DNA of 64,000 nt from an uncultured Ruficoccus sp. (lineage in GTDB: Bacteria > Verrucomicrobiota > Verrucomicrobiia > Opitutales > Cerasicoccaceae), in contig OZ223475.1 in the NCBI GenBank assembly GCA_965140785.1, positions 160,001 to 224,000 of the forward strand. Reading direction: 5' to 3'. Below the pieces are notes generated by a model that saw only the letters and a list, made by a program, of their open reading frames with translations, did no database searches and was not told where the DNA came from. The position numbers and the translations under genes are program-made. Shown here piece after piece: positions 20,228-30,535 of the stretch (position 1 is the first letter of the stretch; each line of letters begins with the position of its first letter).

Positions 20228-20490
20228 AATGCGACTGCGTGCAACTCAATTACCTTAACTGAGCCTTAATTGGCAAATAGATGAAGTCGCTTTGTACTGG
20301 TAATAAGCGACTTATGGATGCGAGTCCGCGTCCCGCCACCTCCAATTTTTATTTGTCCTAAATGGCTATTATTACGCAAGTTGCGTAATAGTAACGCCTT
20401 AATGCGCGACAGGAAGCCTGTCCGAATACCCCTCAATACGACTCAAATCCCCCATTTTGCCTTAACTGGCTTTAACTGAGCGTTAACCGG
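20228..20490 (+). repeat. att junction: arm repeats, tmRNA-3'-like core (20317-20344), palindrome, arm repeats
   Basis: GATGCGAGTCCGCGTCCCGCCACCTCCA; TTAACTG repeats at 20255 and 20462-20487; TATTACGCAA-G-TTGCGTAATA at 20370-20390. Confidence 0.65.
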
Positions 20491-20563
20491 GGACAGGTTT
20501 TGGATAAGGACAAAAACTTGAACCTTTTCAGGGGACTTTGAGTGTGGAAAACTCCAAATCGTA

Positions 20564-21112
20564 ATGCGACGTGAACTAAAGACGTACAGCAAATTTCTTA
20601 GCCTGGTTCTTCGCCATGATCCATCTGTCATCGAAATTGAACTGGATGAATCGGGATGGGTCGAAGTTTCTATTTTGCTTGCTGCTATTCAGCGTAAATT
20701 CCCAGACTTCACATTCGACACCTTGATCGAGATTGTCGAAACCAACGACAAGCGTAGGTTCGCATTGTCTGACGACTCTTCGAAAATCCGAGCTTCTCAG
20801 GGACATTCGATAGGAATTGACTTGAAGCTTCGTCCACAGACCCCTCCTGATGAGCTTTTTCACGGAACGGCAATATTGAGTGTGCCCTCAATTAAAGAAA
20901 AAGGCCTAATCCGTGGGAAACGGGATTTTGTACATTTATCCTTAGACCATGAGACTGCCAAGCGGGTTGGATCTCGACATGGCAAGCCGATTGTATTGCT
21001 TATAAAAGCGAATGAAATGGTTAAAGCAGGCTATTTATTCTATCTCTCAGAAAATGGCGTCTGGCTTACGTCAGAAGTCCCCTCATGTTTTATCGTGTTC
21101 CCCGATGGCTGA
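20564..21112 (+). CDS. kptA: RNA 2'-phosphotransferase (Tpt1/KptA)
   Basis: SKFLSLVLRH, NDKRRF, IRASQGHS, LFHGT, VHLS, RHGKP, SENGVWL. Confidence 0.95.
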   Translation: MRRELKTYSKFLSLVLRHDPSVIEIELDESGWVEVSILLAAIQRKFPDFTFDTLIEIVETNDKRRFALSDDSSKIRASQGHSIGIDLKLRPQTPPDELFHGTAILSVPSIKEKGLIRGKRDFVHLSLDHETAKRVGSRHGKPIVLLIKANEMVKAGYLFYLSENGVWLTSEVPSCFIVFPDG

Positions 21113-21686
21113 CTCTCTTTCCGAAATATATTTTCACGAGGACGATTACTGCCAGCAGGAGATACTGCCTCTCTCGTCGTTCGAATTTTGCCGTGAGCAG
21201 GTTAACGAGATCGATGGATTTTCTGAGCAGCATAAGTGTCCTAACGGACTGGGGTGGACTGACGTATTCGTTCGAAAAAATTCGCCTGAATCTCTTGGCA
21301 GTTTGGCGATTAGCCTCAACGATCTTCGTGATGCTTTGGGTGATGTCCTGCCGGAGATTCCAGTTATCTACACGGGGTATAGCACCTATCGAGAAAAGTG
21401 CACCAGAACGGCTGGGTTCGGCTTTGATGACGATTGCGTTGTCTACGCGGATTGGAATGATTCAGGGCATATCGAACACTTATGGACATCCCTGTTTACT
21501 ACTGAATCCGGGAAGCTAGAACGAGCCGTTGATGCCATTCAAAACTTTGGAAAATCCTTCCCACTTCTATATGTGGATTGGGCGTGGGGATTCGCAACAC
21601 CTCTCGACCAATCGCCATCTCTCTTGAATCGCATCGAGTCTAAGATCAAAGATATTGAAGGAAGAAGGGCCGGAATTAATACTTAG
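21105..21686 (+). CDS. Hypothetical acidic protein coupled to kptA
   Basis: ATG 21105 overlaps the kptA end; IYFHEDDYCQ...YVDW; 193 aa. Confidence 0.7.
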   Translation: MADSLSEIYFHEDDYCQQEILPLSSFEFCREQVNEIDGFSEQHKCPNGLGWTDVFVRKNSPESLGSLAISLNDLRDALGDVLPEIPVIYTGYSTYREKCTRTAGFGFDDDCVVYADWNDSGHIEHLWTSLFTTESGKLERAVDAIQNFGKSFPLLYVDWAWGFATPLDQSPSLLNRIESKIKDIEGRRAGINT

Positions 21687-21726
21687 ACCTATGATTGTCC
21701 GCTCACTCTGGTAGAGTTAGAGTGAG

Positions 21727-22926
21727 ATGGAAATCCGAATAGCCTACCAATCGTATCGCAAGAAACCCTACGTCGCCCGTTGGTCGGAAAATCGCAAGAG
21801 CCGCAACCGGTTCTTTGCCACGGAGAAAGACCGGGCGCAGTTCATCGAGAGCTTCCAGCGGAACGCCACCCGTCAGGATGCCTCGATCCCACTCATCGAG
21901 CCGCGCAAGCTGATCCGCTGGCAGGAAGCGGTTAAACTCGATCCAGCCGCCGACCCGGTGGAGGTTTACCGCTTCTGGCTCCAACGTAAACCGGCACAGG
22001 CTCGGGATATCCTGCTCTCGGATGCCAGCCGAGCCTACCTGCGGATGATGATGGAAGTCGGTCGCGACGTGAACTATACCGGCCACGCCCGCAAGGCGCT
22101 TGAAGATTTCCGGGGCGGGGTAGGGGACAAGCCGATTCACACCTATGATGCCGAAGCGCTCCGGGAACACCTCTACGGTCTGCCCTACACTGCAGTGACG
22201 ATTCGCCACCGGCGCAGCCACCTTCTCTGCGCTTTCGCCTGGTGGGTGGAACAGGGATGGCTTTCCGAGAACCCGGTTGAAAAGGTGAAACGTCCACAGG
22301 TCGTCACAGACGAACCGGGTATCCTGAGCGTGGACGATATGGCCCGCCTTTTCCGAATGAACCAAAAGGTCGATCCGGAGATCTGCGGACTGCTGGCCCT
22401 CGGGGCATTTGCAGGGATGCGGACCTCAGCCATCGTCAAAGTGGACTACGAGGAAATCGACTTTGCCCAGCGCGGCATCCTGACCCCGGCCAGCAAGACG
22501 AAAAAGCGCCGCCGCCAGTGGATCGAGGGACTGCCGGATAACCTCTGGAAATGGCTGAAACGCACGCCTAAAGAGGCTTTTGAGATGGATCAACGGCAAA
22601 TCCTCCACCGCCGGGCCGAAGCCTACAAGCGGGCGGGCCTACTGGTGGAGTCTGACGACATCGCCTACGAAAACCGCAAGCGACAGGAAAAGGGCAAGCC
22701 CCTGGTGAACTGGAAGCCCAAGTTCCCGCCCAAAAACTGCCTGCGTCATAGCTTTGCCACCTACCACGTCGCCCTGCACCGCGACCCCGGCAAAACCGCC
22801 CTCATCCTCAGCCATCGCAACCAGGAAGTCCTTTACCAGCATTACCTAGGTATCGCCACCAAGAAACAGGCGGCACGGTACTTCAATATTATGCCATTTA
22901 CGTTGAGGAAGAGATACGGAGAGTAA
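21727..22926 (+). CDS. Tyrosine recombinase/phage integrase
   Basis: ENPV, AGMRTS (R), KTK (K), NCLRHSFATY, LILSH, QHY (Y). Confidence 0.9.
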   Translation: MEIRIAYQSYRKKPYVARWSENRKSRNRFFATEKDRAQFIESFQRNATRQDASIPLIEPRKLIRWQEAVKLDPAADPVEVYRFWLQRKPAQARDILLSDASRAYLRMMMEVGRDVNYTGHARKALEDFRGGVGDKPIHTYDAEALREHLYGLPYTAVTIRHRRSHLLCAFAWWVEQGWLSENPVEKVKRPQVVTDEPGILSVDDMARLFRMNQKVDPEICGLLALGAFAGMRTSAIVKVDYEEIDFAQRGILTPASKTKKRRRQWIEGLPDNLWKWLKRTPKEAFEMDQRQILHRRAEAYKRAGLLVESDDIAYENRKRQEKGKPLVNWKPKFPPKNCLRHSFATYHVALHRDPGKTALILSHRNQEVLYQHYLGIATKKQAARYFNIMPFTLRKRYGE

Positions 22927-23021
22927 CATTGATGTTGAACGAGTTACATTTTTTCGATGCAAGCCTTGGCGTGAAGATAAACCATCGAAATGGTATGACA
23001 TTAGTCTCGTGTGCAATAGAG

Positions 23022-23616
23022 CTAGGATGCGGGTCTTTTTATGGGAAACAAAATATGATGAAGTATAAAATTTTTACCTTCCCGTAAGTGTTGTGTGTCG
23101 GCACTAAACTTATAGTCTGATGCTGTATGTGATGGCGAGGTAAAGGCATTCTCTGGTGTTAGTTGAAGCGCTGCCTTTTGTTTCTTTATTTGTCCGCACA
23201 GCGACTTAAATGCCTTGTCAGTTTTTCCATCCATTACGTATCCGAGCATTGCTCCACATGGTAGATTTTGCGAGTAACGATTGGTTATAAACCGCATAGC
23301 CCCCTCGTTTAAATACTCTCCGATGAGGGTGTTATAAGAGGTGTGTAGGCGTTTGCATTCAACTGTAAAAAAAATCGTTTGTCGCTTGTGTGCAATTGGG
23401 TAAAAGTTTAGGTCATTTCGGCCTAGCTCGGTTCCGTAGTTTGGATCGCTAATCGGGTCTTCTAATGCAATAAATGAAATGCGATTAGGGTCGTAGATGG
23501 AAAGGACGGTGTTACGGAAAAGAGCTGTAAGAGGTGTTTCTTTTGTGACTACATCAGGAGGGGTGAAATGTCTCCAGGCTTCAAGAATTAATGCCATTAC
23601 CTCGCCCGAAAACCCC
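23022..23616 (-). pseudogene. 5'-truncated hypothetical, probable PD-(D/E)XK-type nuclease (ECKRL motif)
   Basis: DLNF...VECKRL...GAMRFITNRY...GAMLGYVMDG; frame is open to the IS boundary; AT-rich. Confidence 0.55.
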
Positions 23617-23624
23617 TGACCTGC

Positions 23625-24604
23625 CTACGCAAACTGTACCGCATTGAGAGTTAGTCTGAGCGGGTTAATGATGTGATTTAGGGTTAGGTTGTAGAGGGTG
23701 TCAAGGCTTGGGCGGAAGGAGGGCGTAGCCCGAGTGTAGCCCATGCCTTGGAAGTTGATGTCGAAGGGGGTTGGTGCGGTTTCTTTGGCTGCAAACTCCA
23801 GTGGTGTGAGCAGTCCGAGTGAACGGTGGGGTCGGATGTTGTTGTACTTCCATCGCCAGTCCTCGATGACGACGCGTGCCTCGGTGAGCGTATAAAACCA
23901 CTCGCGGTGAGGCACTCATCGCGGAGTCTGCCGTTGAAGGATTCTATGTAGCCGTTCTGCCAGGGACTGCCCGGCTCAATGTAGAGCGTCTTGATCTCCT
24001 CGTCCGCGTACCATTTACGCAGGCTCTTCTCGATAAACTCGCTGCCGTTGTCGCTACGGATGTGCTCGGGGCTGCCGTAGGCACTGATCAACTCGCTCAT
24101 GACGGCTCGCACCTTGGCGGCGTTGAGGTGGCGATCGACGTGGATGCACAGGCACTCACGGGTGTACTCATCGAGTACCGTGAGCATGCGGATTGATCCG
24201 CCCTTAGCCGTACGGTCGGCCACGAAGTCGCAGGTCCACACGTGGTTGCGATGAGTAGCCTTTGTCGGTAAGCCCGTCGAGGGGCCGCGCCGACGCTGAC
24301 GAGGCTTCTTAGTCGGACACTTCAGCCCCATCTCCTGGCGCAGGCGCTGCACCAGCCGCTTACCTACGTCCCAACCATCGCGCTTGAGTAGATGAGTGAT
24401 TTTCGGGTAACCCAGCTCGGGATGCGCTTCGCTCTTGCGACGCAAAGCCCCACGTAACTTTGCCAACCAGGGCGTAGTCTCCTTCGCCTGATAGCCGAAG
24501 GTACTGCGATGCAACCCAAAGTGACGGCAGGCCGCCCGCGCTGAACATCTGCCCTGCGACACCAGAGTTTGCGCCATCTCGCGCTTGTGTGCAGGGCTTA
24601 CCAT
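23625..24604 (-). pseudogene. IS3-family transposase OrfB, frameshifted near 23908
   Basis: WTCDF, RSDNGSEF, YIESFNGRLRDECL, then apparent 1-bp loss; continues REWFYTLTEAR...YNNIRPHRSLG in another frame. Confidence 0.85.
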
Positions 24605-24864
24605 TTTTTTTCGAGCGCCTCCTTCAGCAGCTCCTTACCAAGTATCTCGTCCGCCAGCATACGCTTCAGCCGAGCGTTCTCCTTTTGCAGTTCCTTCAGT
24701 TGCTTGGCCTGATCGACTTCCAGCATCCCAAGCTCCCGCTTCCAGCGGTGGAACGTCTGCTCGCTGATCCCTGCCTCGCGGCAGACATCCACGATCGCTC
24801 TGCCAGCATCAGCGGCGCGTAAAATGCGGATTTTTTGCTCTGTACTGTATCGCTTGCCTTTCAT
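24598..24864 (-). CDS. IS3-family transposase OrfA
   Basis: HTH ISEQTFHRWK, LQKENARLKRMLAD; ends at A8 slippery run GAAAAAAAATGGTAA. Confidence 0.9.
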   Translation of the reverse strand: MKGKRYSTEQKIRILRAADAGRAIVDVCREAGISEQTFHRWKRELGMLEVDQAKQLKELQKENARLKRMLADEILGKELLKEALEKKW

Positions 24865-24930
24865 CGTCTGAGTCCTTTCTAAGCACTCAGACTAACTTTG
24901 CAAGCGGCTCAGTTTAAGTGGACACGGTCA

Positions 24931-26358
24931 GTCATCCCCGGCTACGCCAATCCGGACCTCTCCGGGGACGTGTGTCCCATTCACGCCGCCATCGAACTGG
25001 CCACGCACCCGCGCTACGGCCTTGGCATCTATCTGTCCGACTTCGACGGCAGCGGCGAGGAAACGTCTGCCAAACTAGTGGAGGCCGACATGGGCATCTC
25101 CCCGCTCATCAACAACGCCCAGTCGCTCCCGCAGTCCCTCGCGGAAATGCTGGGTTACTTCGACGGCTTTCTCTATCAAAAGAACGGTAAGTACCGCTTC
25201 GGTTCGGCCTCGCTGCCGGTGGACTTTTCCGAAGCCCCGATCATTGATACCGCCGATCAGACTGACTTCCCCGAGATCGACAGCGACGCGTTCAGTCAGG
25301 TGAGCAGCGAGACCCGGCTCGTCTATACCGACCGGGATCGGGAGTTCAAGGAATCGGTCGCTATTCACCACGATGCCGCCGCTCATGCCCTCAACGGGAC
25401 GCAGGAGCCCATCACGTTCCAACGGCGCTGGATCACTCGGCAAAGTGTCGCCAACGCCCAGGTGGCCAAGGCGGGACGTCGGGCCGCACTGCCCGAGGTC
25501 GGCGGCAAAGTCATGGTGCATTATTCCAAGGGTATCGGGCTCAATCCCGGCGATCCGATCCGTCTGCGTCCCTTCCCGCAGGCGAACTACCTGCTCAACT
25601 GCCGAGTTACGGGCATTGTCCACCGCCGAAGCGATGATGCCGAATTGGAGCTTCAGTTCGTGCTCGATGTGGCCAATCAGGTCTCCGGCGTCACCCCCGC
25701 CCCCTACACGCCGCCCGAACAGCCGACTTACGACGCCGACCCCATGCCCTTCGAGGCGGTCTTCATCCTGCCCGCCGCCTTGTCCGGTGTCATGGAGCCG
25801 GAGGTCGCGCTGGCACATCTCGGCGTGCGGGCCCACAGCCTCATCACGGGCTACAACGCTTTTCATTCCACCGATGACCTGAACTACGCCTTTCTCTCAC
25901 AGGCACGGTTCTTCGCCGTTACCGGCACGCTGACGGCCGATTTATTGGAAGACGGGGTCGATGCCGTGATTGACGCGCACGCCGTTGACCGGGCTACACT
26001 GGCCACGCAAACGCCGGAGCAGGCTGACGCTGACACCGTGCTTCTATTCCTCGGTGATGAAATCCTGTCTGTCGAAGGCTACGTGGTGGGCGCGGACGGC
26101 ACCGTGACGCTGACCAACCTGCGGCGCGGACGCTTCGGCACGCTGGCCGTGGACCACGAAGTGGGGGAGCGGGCGTTCCTCATGAGCCGTGATCACCTGC
26201 ATGTGCTGCGCAAGGACGCCTTTGTTCAGGGCAGCACGCATTACTTCAAGTCCACCTCCTACACCATCGCCAAGGAACAGGACATCGCCACCGCCCCTGT
26301 AATACAATTGGAGATCCCCGAGCCCGAGCCTCCGGTTGACAATCCCACAGAAGAGTAA
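24931..26358 (+). pseudogene. 5'-truncated phage tail/baseplate (host-specificity-like) protein
   Basis: ELATHPRYGLG, RLVYTDRDREFKE, LNPGDPI, GDEIL...LRRGRFGT..H.VGERAF; track ORF start 24898 lies inside the IS end. Confidence 0.7.
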
Positions 26359-26377
26359 CCTCAACCCAAGGATCATT

Positions 26378-26842
26378 ATGGACCCGGTCATCACGGAAAT
26401 GGCGGCGAGCGCCGTCGCAGGCGGACTCTTTCAGGGAGTCTCGGAAGTCTTCAAGCTCGGTCAGGGCTTCATCACCACGCTGCGAGACGTGGCGATTTCC
26501 AATAACGAACAGGCCCGCAAGAATGCGGAACTGGACAACAAGAACGCCAATGCCGCTGCCAAGCGCACTCAGCCCTGGCTCACCGCCACACTGGCCATTA
26601 TCGTGATCGTGGCGGCGTTCTTGCTGCCCTTCGTGGCCGGTTGGATGGACATGCCCACGCAAATCGTCAGCAACGAGGAACCGTTCTCCATGCTCTGGGG
26701 GCTGATAACCTTCGGTGGCGGCAAGATCGTCACGCAGGCCCAGGGCTTCGTCCAGGGACCGGAGTTCTGGAGCACCGTCCGCATGGTCTCAGGCTTCGTC
26801 TTCGGCGTGAAGGCCGTCTCCACCGGCACACGGTTGTTCTGA
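26378..26842 (+). CDS. Phage membrane protein, possible holin
   Basis: ATG 26378 after AAGGA; 2-3 hydrophobic segments; directly follows the tail gene. Confidence 0.5.
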   Translation: MDPVITEMAASAVAGGLFQGVSEVFKLGQGFITTLRDVAISNNEQARKNAELDNKNANAAAKRTQPWLTATLAIIVIVAAFLLPFVAGWMDMPTQIVSNEEPFSMLWGLITFGGGKIVTQAQGFVQGPEFWSTVRMVSGFVFGVKAVSTGTRLF

Positions 26843-27071
26843 AAGGCAAACCACCATTAAAATACAGAAGTCTTCTTGTTTATCTATGTTCGTGTAGGCT
26901 CACTCAGCAGAACGACCCGCTTGAGAGACACCCGGATTCTTCCAGTTTCCGCTAACGGGCGTGAGCTATTATAAAAAAAGATGCCGTTATGTCTGTAATC
27001 GTATTTTTGCTGCGATCAGAGGCGGAGTCTTGCCACTGTACGGAAGGTTTTGTATCTATCGATGGAGTAAA

Positions 27072-28127
27072 TTACTTATCCTGCCTTATGGTTGGACCTG
27101 AAAACCAGTCACCAGTAATCTGGATCGAGCGGGGATGAGATGGAATGCCGTAGGTGTTGAAGTTGATCTGTTCGATGACAAGATGGGCGGTGGCCTGTCC
27201 GACTTCGTAGTGGTTTGGCCGAATCCCAGCCAGATCTTCCCATGGGGTTTCGAGGTAGAGGTGAATAAAACCGATGTCTTCCGGTGTGCGTAATCCTTCT
27301 TCGTGCAGATAGGTCAACGGGACACGCTCGGTAGCTATCACCACATCAGGATGGTATTTGTTTAGCCATCTCGAAAACTCTTTCCGGTTCCATGTCTCCG
27401 TCCAGAACGGAGGGGGAGCAGCCTTACCCTTTCGGTTTGATTGCATTGTCCAAGCCTGAAACGCAGCTAACGCTCTATAGTCAGAGCGTACAACGTGAGG
27501 GACTCGTGACATCGCGAGGCCAATGCGGCTATAGCCAAGTCGGGCAAGGATTTCCATGGTAATCCAGGTATTGCGATATTCATCAGTACTTGCAAAATGG
27601 CAGGGTAGATTGATTCGGCGGTTCCCGACTGAGGCTAACGCATAGTTCTCCCAGCCGGACAGACACCATGGGGGGACGTCGCCCCCTTGGAATACGACTC
27701 CCGGTACACATCGTGCCCGCAAACTTGAGAAGAGGCGGCGAGATGACCCCTCAAATTCATCCCAAATAAGTTTTTCGAACAAAAAACCCGCTTGTTTACA
27801 TCCTGCCTGAAGTCCCTCGAAATGTTCTCGCTGCGATGAGCGCTCTTCTATGAGTTTTTCCGTTTGGGTGGACATCAGACAGACGATAATCGCCCGCATT
27901 TGTCGCCGATCTGTAGATCGGCGGTGTTGGGTCATCAAAGCGGTAACGAGGGGGTTGGGACGATATCCTGCGGCCTCGGCTATGGCCTTAATATGTGCGC
28001 GACGTTCCGCTGATATCCCCGGTCGATTACGTAGTGCGCAGCTTACAGAAAATACGCTAACTCCAGCCAGCTTAGCGATGTCTCGGTAGGTAGGGCCTGG
28101 CGAGGTAGAATCGGAAAACGTATGCAT
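27072..28127 (-). CDS. LacI-family transcriptional regulator
   Basis: TYRDIAKLAGVSVFSVSCALR, GYRPNPLVTALM, PEDIGFIHL. Confidence 0.92.
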   Translation of the reverse strand: MHTFSDSTSPGPTYRDIAKLAGVSVFSVSCALRNRPGISAERRAHIKAIAEAAGYRPNPLVTALMTQHRRSTDRRQMRAIIVCLMSTQTEKLIEERSSQREHFEGLQAGCKQAGFLFEKLIWDEFEGSSRRLFSSLRARCVPGVVFQGGDVPPWCLSGWENYALASVGNRRINLPCHFASTDEYRNTWITMEILARLGYSRIGLAMSRVPHVVRSDYRALAAFQAWTMQSNRKGKAAPPPFWTETWNRKEFSRWLNKYHPDVVIATERVPLTYLHEEGLRTPEDIGFIHLYLETPWEDLAGIRPNHYEVGQATAHLVIEQINFNTYGIPSHPRSIQITGDWFSGPTIRQDK

Positions 28128-28171
28128 TGTATATCTTTTTATTGCAGATCAGGCTTCATATGGCAACTGGC

Positions 28172-28188
28172 AATAACGTGTTATTATT
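28172..28188. promoter_or_regulatory. Putative operator AATAACGTGTTATTATT
   Basis: 17-bp identity with 48877-48893; near-palindrome in the divergent intergenic region next to LacI. Confidence 0.6.
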
Positions 28189-28357
28189 CCTTGTGCTTGT
28201 GTACAGCGGTCCGGTCTGTTTTATTTCTGCTTAAGGATATGCGAATTTAGCTACGTACATGATTGGTGCGCAAACCTGATCCATTTCCGAACATCAACCC
28301 CACATACTGACTTCAGAGGCTCACTGCATCGCCTGCCTGTTTTTCTCATGACGATTT

Positions 28358-29122
28358 ATGCCCCCTTTCTATCCATATTTTCGATTTCGTGGCTTTACGT
28401 TGATTGAATTTCTAGTCGTCATCGTGATCGTTGGCATTGTCGCTGGAATTATCATTCCTGTGCTTGGCAAGGTTCGCGAGTCCACAGAGTGCGTAGATTG
28501 CGCCAACAATATGCGCCAAATCCATTCAGCTCTTATGCTCTATGCGGCTGACCACAATCAGTATTTTCCGCCGATATCTTCACAATGGCCACCCGGATCG
28601 GTCTCTGATCATAAATGTGCCTGGCAGTGGGCTATCTGGACTTATGCCGGATACGAGGACGACGCTTATGACCTAGCGGTAAATGGTTGGTTTTGTGGTG
28701 AAGTGCGGGGCAAGTTCTCGGCAAGCAATAACATCTTCCAGTGCAAAAGCTCCATGCGTGAATTTAAGCCGGTTCCTAATGCCAGTGTTCGTACTAGCGG
28801 TACTTGCTATGGTTTGAATACAGGGCCGATTCAATCTCATGTTCCTTCAGGTACGACATTCGACGCTCAGGTAACAGTGCCCATGCCCTTGGCCTATGTT
28901 GAAGTTCCCCCGAAGACCGTGATGCTGCTCGAAAGTGCGTTTTATTGCGCGACCCAATGGGGCTACCTAAGCGAATGGGGTCTGTTGCCGCACAATGGAG
29001 CCACGAATATTGTTTTTTACGACGGTCATGTCGAAAACTGGCCCTGGGAGAAGTTTCAAGAGCGGGGCCTGGACGACCTAGGCAAAAAAACTACTTTTTG
29101 GAGAGGAAGTGGTGGGTCATGA
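28358..29122 (+). CDS. Prepilin-type N-terminal cleavage/methylation protein with H-X9-DG motif
   Basis: GFTLIEFL, CANNMRQ, PHNGATNIVFYDGHV. Confidence 0.92.
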   Translation: MPPFYPYFRFRGFTLIEFLVVIVIVGIVAGIIIPVLGKVRESTECVDCANNMRQIHSALMLYAADHNQYFPPISSQWPPGSVSDHKCAWQWAIWTYAGYEDDAYDLAVNGWFCGEVRGKFSASNNIFQCKSSMREFKPVPNASVRTSGTCYGLNTGPIQSHVPSGTTFDAQVTVPMPLAYVEVPPKTVMLLESAFYCATQWGYLSEWGLLPHNGATNIVFYDGHVENWPWEKFQERGLDDLGKKTTFWRGSGGS

Positions 29123-29257
29123 CGCAAGCAGTCACATTATATAGGTGTGTTTACTTCCTGCGTTATGCTGGTGGTCATGTTGCCCGAGGCTAATATTATT
29201 ATATGCATTTCCATGGATATAAGTATGAATAGTTAATCAATAAACAGTAAAACAGTC

Positions 29258-30013
29258 ATGGCAAAAAACAAATCAATTAAGGGCATGTTGTATGCCCTAT
29301 TTACTGCAACACTTGTCGGCCTGCCTATTTATCTTCAGGCTGCGACCTATGAGGTTGATATAGCTGCATGTAATTATATGTATGACACCTATCCATTTAG
29401 CGGTACTGCTGATGGTTCTTATGCAACTAATACGCCTCTATATGTAGGAGATCAGTACTACTCATCGGTACACCGCCTCGACCGAGGAAGGGTTGTCTTT
29501 GAGTTGCCTGAAATATCCAGTGATGAGGTTATTACTTCCATAACATTGGTGCTCACTATTTCTGGGGTTTCAGCAAACAGCGATGGACTCATGGAAAATT
29601 TAGTCCTGTACCATTCGCAGACGGATAACGGCACAACGGCCACACCTTTTGGGCCCTACAGCGACACAAGCTATACCGATACTGGGATTGTCCTCGCCAC
29701 GCCAGAAACCAGAGATGATGCTCCCGTGACTCTTGAATATGACGTGATGTCTATTGTTATGTCTGATTATGACCTCGACCCGACTTCAGACCAAGTGGCG
29801 GCTTTCCGCTTGCAGGTTGATGGTTTAGACATAGACGCAATTCTCGATACGACCACCAATCACCTCTATGTCGTGGGGGGGACTAACAATCCGGATGTGA
29901 GTCCGAAATTGATTATTGAGACCGCGCCTGTTCCTGAACCTGCCACCGTTGGAATATTACTTGGCCTGTGTGCATTGGGCCGAGTGTTGATTCACCGTCG
30001 TTCTCGCGGCTGA
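29258..30013 (+). CDS. PEP-CTERM sorting domain protein
   Basis: Signal peptide; VPEP + TM + HRRSRG. Confidence 0.9.
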   Translation: MAKNKSIKGMLYALFTATLVGLPIYLQAATYEVDIAACNYMYDTYPFSGTADGSYATNTPLYVGDQYYSSVHRLDRGRVVFELPEISSDEVITSITLVLTISGVSANSDGLMENLVLYHSQTDNGTTATPFGPYSDTSYTDTGIVLATPETRDDAPVTLEYDVMSIVMSDYDLDPTSDQVAAFRLQVDGLDIDAILDTTTNHLYVVGGTNNPDVSPKLIIETAPVPEPATVGILLGLCALGRVLIHRRSRG

Positions 30014-30535
30014 TAGAGCTTTAATCTTTTTCTGAAAGCATGAACCTATGATAGCTGAGGTATAGCGATCCCAGCGTTCGCTGTACCCATTGAAAACCTA
30101 CCTGAAATCGTGACTATACAGAGTGTGCTCCGATCGGATATTGTGATCGGTATCACCTGAGCCTTAATCCTTTACAGGTTGCTCATCTTTCCGAGGCGTC
30201 GTGTCCCCATGACGGTTTAGTCTCTTTTTGTCTGTTAGGCTCCTGACGTGCGCTGGCTTTCGTTTCTTATAAACGCATATTTATTTATACCAATCAGACA
30301 CTTTACTTTTATGTTTTATTATCAAAAAAGGTTTATATTAACACGACGTCTTAAACAGTGTTTTTACCTGATGCTAAAGTGTGCTCTAGGCTTATTAACT
30401 GGCACTTCGTATAGTTTTACCGAAGCCAACGAACGGTGTAAATTCAACTTCCAAAAATCGTTAGTATACACGTTATTGACATGTGTATTCACTGTATGCT
30501 TCTCCCTGACTGTTTCTGGTGAAGAAGGAACTTTT

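Larger units (their letters stand above)
23617..24930 (-). mobile_element. IS3-family element
   Basis: IRs TGACCTGCCTACGCAAACTGTACCGC / TGACCGTGTCCACTTAAACTGAGCCGC; no target duplication. Confidence 0.93.

Noticed and set aside
20564..22926. Integron (integrase + cassettes)
   Set aside because: No attC-like sites seen, the cargo genes overlap, and the integrase lacks recognisable IntI features
26310..26358. IPEP at the end of the tail protein as PEP-CTERM
   Set aside because: No TM helix or basic tail follows
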